From Octopus sinensis (lineage: Eukaryota), in the NCBI RefSeq assembly GCF_006345805.1, contig NW_021824018.1:1-20469 (forward strand): a stretch of DNA of 20,469 nucleotides, in the 5' to 3' direction. Shown here piece after piece: positions 20,203 through 20,469 of this stretch (position 1 is the stretch's first letter; every line of letters begins with the position of its first letter). The position numbers were made by a program, and so were the translations under genes. The notes beneath the pieces are model-generated. The model was not told the DNA's origin, searched no databases, and was given only the letters and a program-made list of their open reading frames with translations.

Positions 20203-20340
20203 AGATGAAAAGGCGGGAAAGCGAGAAGAAGGGTTCTTGTTGTTCGGTAATAGGATCTTCAACGTATCAAAGACAACAACTTGGAAAGTATGCTTACGTT
20301 TTATTTGTTGCTATTGTTGTCTTTATTGTTGTTCTTGGCA
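20203..20340 (+). other. Candidate 138-nt exon (unverified)
   Basis: ccccttccctttctAG acceptor and GGCA|GTGAGT donor. Two open frames: MKRRESEKKGSCCSVIGSSTYQRQQLGKYAYVLFVAIVVFIVVLG, or DEKAGKREEGFLLFGNRIFNVSKTTTWKVCLRFICCYCCLYCCSW. Confidence 0.3.
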
Positions 20341-20363
20341 GTGAGTCCTTTTTTGAGAGGGAA

Positions 20364-20401
<38 letters not shown>

Positions 20402-20469
20402 TATAGAGAGAGAGAGAGAGAGGAGAGAAAGATAGAAAGGAGAAAGAGAGAGGAGAGAAGAAGAAAGAT

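Noticed and set aside
132-20399. Long ORFs in the supplied track (e.g. 9442-10146, 10213-10980, 13052-13630, 19684-20202)
   Set aside because: They are translations of di-, tri- and tetranucleotide repeats or SINE sequence that happen to lack stops; no domain-like content.

Overview
AT-rich eukaryotic non-coding DNA made almost entirely of microsatellites and transposon relics. The repeat content looks like a coleoid cephalopod, probably Octopus (inference, not checked). I can support no intact protein-coding gene, true tRNA/rRNA or CRISPR array, and nearly all supplied ORFs are translations of simple repeats. Recognisable parts: (i) many tRNA-headed SINE copies from several families, one with a clean 12-bp TSD; (ii) DNA-transposon relics (internally deleted Tc1/mariner, piggyBac-like MITE, Tigger-like and mariner-like MITEs); (iii) a decayed R4/Dong-type LINE endonuclease fragment inside a (CATA)n tract, plus a probable second R4/Dong-type 3' end inside (TAA)n; (iv) most notably, four minimal type-I hammerhead-ribozyme-like motifs of the Penelope-associated kind in three otherwise dissimilar repeats. 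One sits in the tail of a tRNA-headed SINE. Two face head-to-head in a ~110-bp-arm inverted repeat, and the + strand copy (8903-8963) keeps the CUGAAGA and GAAA core motifs. Two isolated exon-like segments (17004-17098, 20203-20340) may belong to a spliced + strand transcript but are unverified. All motif calls are by eye.
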